A stretch of 60,474 nucleotides of DNA, from IMG/VR virus record IMGVR_UViG_3300008267_000327, positions 1 through 60,474 of that record. One strand, 5' to 3'. Source of the DNA: a virus (taxonomy: Duplodnaviria > Caudoviricetes). This document shows, piece after piece, positions 58,817-60,474 of this stretch (position 1 is the first letter of the stretch; each line of letters starts with the position of its first letter). The translations under genes were made by a program, and so were the position numbers. The notes under the pieces were generated by a model. It was given only the letters and a program-made list of their open reading frames with translations. It did not search any database and was not told the DNA's origin.

Positions 58817-59435
58817 ACTTTCTATATAATATCTTTTTGTCAATACCCGCCCTTCCCAAAACTTCAAATAAATATTTTTTCTGAGCTGACGAATAATCTT
58901 TAACGAATATACAATCAGTCCTTTTATTTTTAAAAAAATAGTCTGTCAAACAGTCTAAAAATCTTGTAGATTCATCCTCACTCTTCAAAGAAAATAAAAA
59001 TACTTTCTCATTCATTTGAATAATAATTTTATTATTCAAACTTGAAATCATTTTAACACCATCTCCTTTAATGTAATTCTTTATTAATTCAGAAGTTGTA
59101 ATTTTTTTATTCTTTTGAATGTCAAATATTTTTTCTTCTTTTTTGTAGGGTTGAATCTTCACTAAAGTCATATTATCATCCTCTAACTTTACCTTTATAT
59201 TTCTACCATATTCATCAGTCATATAAATTGGAAAAAGTTGTCTATCTGTTAGTTCAACCAGTCCAACTTCGTAATTACAATCCGCTCCATTCTCAACTTT
59301 TTTTTCGAAGATGACTTCTTCATTTATTTTAGTTATCTTTTTATAAAAAGAATCTGCTTTACCAAAGGTTATAAATTTCTTTATTATTCTTTTTTTGGTT
59401 TTATTTTTGAACAAAACAACAATATAGTTCTCCAT
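58791..59435 (-). CDS. hypothetical protein
   Basis: 214-aa minus-strand ORF with no competing + strand ORF. Confidence 0.75.
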   Translation of the reverse strand: MENYIVVLFKNKTKKRIIKKFITFGKADSFYKKITKINEEVIFEKKVENGADCNYEVGLVELTDRQLFPIYMTDEYGRNIKVKLEDDNMTLVKIQPYKKEEKIFDIQKNKKITTSELIKNYIKGDGVKMISSLNNKIIIQMNEKVFLFSLKSEDESTRFLDCLTDYFFKNKRTDCIFVKDYSSAQKKYLFEVLGRAGIDKKILYRKFTTYPRPK

Positions 59436-59436
59436 T

Positions 59437-60369
59437 ATGAAAAATTACTATGAAATTTTAGGAATTGAAGAGAAAGCAACACAAGAAGAAATAAAAAAAG
59501 TTTTTCGTAAACTTGCCATCCAACACCATCCGGACAAAGGTGGAGATGAAAACAAGTTTAAAGAAATTAATGAAGCTTATGAAGTTCTTGGAGATGAGAA
59601 CAGACGTAGAGAATATGATAATAGAAAAACCAATCCTTATGGAGGAACTCAGTTTGAAGATTTGTTTTCTCAAATGTTTGGTGGGAATAATCCATTCGGA
59701 GGAGGTAATCCTTTTGAACAGAGAAGACAACAAGCCGCCCCATCTAAAATTATAAAACTTAAGATAACTCCTGTAGAATCATTTTTGGGTTCTGAAAAGA
59801 AAATTTTATACTTTAAGGAAAATCACTGTGGAAACTGTAATGGTTCAGGTGGAGACCAACAATCCTGTGGTGGTTGTGGAGGTGTTGGATTCAAAATAAA
59901 AACATTTGGCACCGGATTCATGGTTCAACAGGTTAGAACTGCTTGTGAGAACTGTGGGGGTAGAGGGTATACTTTGATTCATAGATGTATTACGTGTGCC
60001 GGCAAAGGAACAAAAACTGAAACTAACGAGATTAATATTAAACTCCCTGTTGGGATTGATAATGGACAATATGTCAAATTACAAGGTCTTGGTGATTTTC
60101 AGAATGGAATATACGGTGATTTGGTTATACAAATAGAATTAGAATCTAGTGAAGGTTTCGAAAAAATAAACAACGATTTAATCTATAATTTGTTTTTCGA
60201 TTTGGAAGATTTGAAGAAAGATGTATATACTATACCACACCCAAGTGGTAAATTAAATACAACTGCACCTAAAACATTTGATAGTTCTAAACCTTTACGA
60301 CTCAAAGGTAAAGGATATAATGGCGGAGACATGTATGTTAAACTACATGTCAAATTTGACAGGGGTTAA
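59437..60369 (+). CDS. dnaJ: DnaJ co-chaperone (class A)
   Basis: J-domain HPD, G/F-rich region, four CxxCxGxG repeats. Confidence 0.93.
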   Translation: MKNYYEILGIEEKATQEEIKKVFRKLAIQHHPDKGGDENKFKEINEAYEVLGDENRRREYDNRKTNPYGGTQFEDLFSQMFGGNNPFGGGNPFEQRRQQAAPSKIIKLKITPVESFLGSEKKILYFKENHCGNCNGSGGDQQSCGGCGGVGFKIKTFGTGFMVQQVRTACENCGGRGYTLIHRCITCAGKGTKTETNEINIKLPVGIDNGQYVKLQGLGDFQNGIYGDLVIQIELESSEGFEKINNDLIYNLFFDLEDLKKDVYTIPHPSGKLNTTAPKTFDSSKPLRLKGKGYNGGDMYVKLHVKFDRG

Positions 60370-60474
60370 TTACAGAAAATTCTTTATTAGTTGAATTGTT
60401 CCATAAATAGAAGTTGCAAACATATAAAGACCTAAAACAACCAAAAACTTTTCTTTGATTGACAAACTATCTTT
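60370..60474 (-). CDS. 3' end of a small membrane protein cut by the window edge
   Basis: ..KDSLSIKEKFLVVLGLYMFATSIYGTIQLIKNFL*. Confidence 0.55.
   Translation of the reverse strand, partial: KDSLSIKEKFLVVLGLYMFATSIYGTIQLIKNFL

Noticed and set aside
59406-59432. Bacteroidota promoter for dnaJ
   Set aside because: The -7 box is degenerate (TAGTTCTC) and the spacing to the nearest TTTG is only 15 nt
1-60474. Stop-codon reassignment as the cause of the split genes
   Set aside because: Long genes are open in code 11, TAG and TGA end ordinary genes, and the breaks are frame changes or missing segments rather than in-frame stops
1-60474. CRISPR array, diversity-generating retroelement, integrase or IS element
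   Set aside because: No repeat-spacer array, reverse transcriptase, TR/VR pair, recombinase or transposase was seen

Overview
AT-rich fragment of a large myovirus-like dsDNA phage genome in the standard genetic code, coded almost entirely on the + strand. The host is very probably Bacteroidota, based on TTTG-N19/20-TAnnTTTR promoters, absence of Shine-Dalgarno motifs, a Bacteroidota-type sigma factor, and Hc1-like and SprB-repeat proteins. Layout: replication and nucleotide genes (5'-3' exonuclease, DnaB-like helicase, class II RNR flanked by two HNH endonucleases); a ~29 kb baseplate/fibre module with Cys-rich, Thr/Pro-linked modular proteins; RuvC-like resolvase and primase; early genes with host-type promoters; a structured intergenic region plus a tRNA-like element without a proper anticodon arm; Mre11/Rad50-like genes, a DenV-like glycosylase and a sigma factor; amidase and spanin-like genes; probable head proteins; and DnaJ. 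Main highlights: a sense-strand TATTTAT(A) motif before late genes, once in the loop of a perfect hairpin that covers the HNH start codon; probably leaderless early genes; three recurring small modules shuffled among the fibre-like proteins; and up to seven apparent internal deletions or frameshifts in core genes, most likely collapsed assembly gaps. All family calls come from motif recognition by eye; no searches were run.
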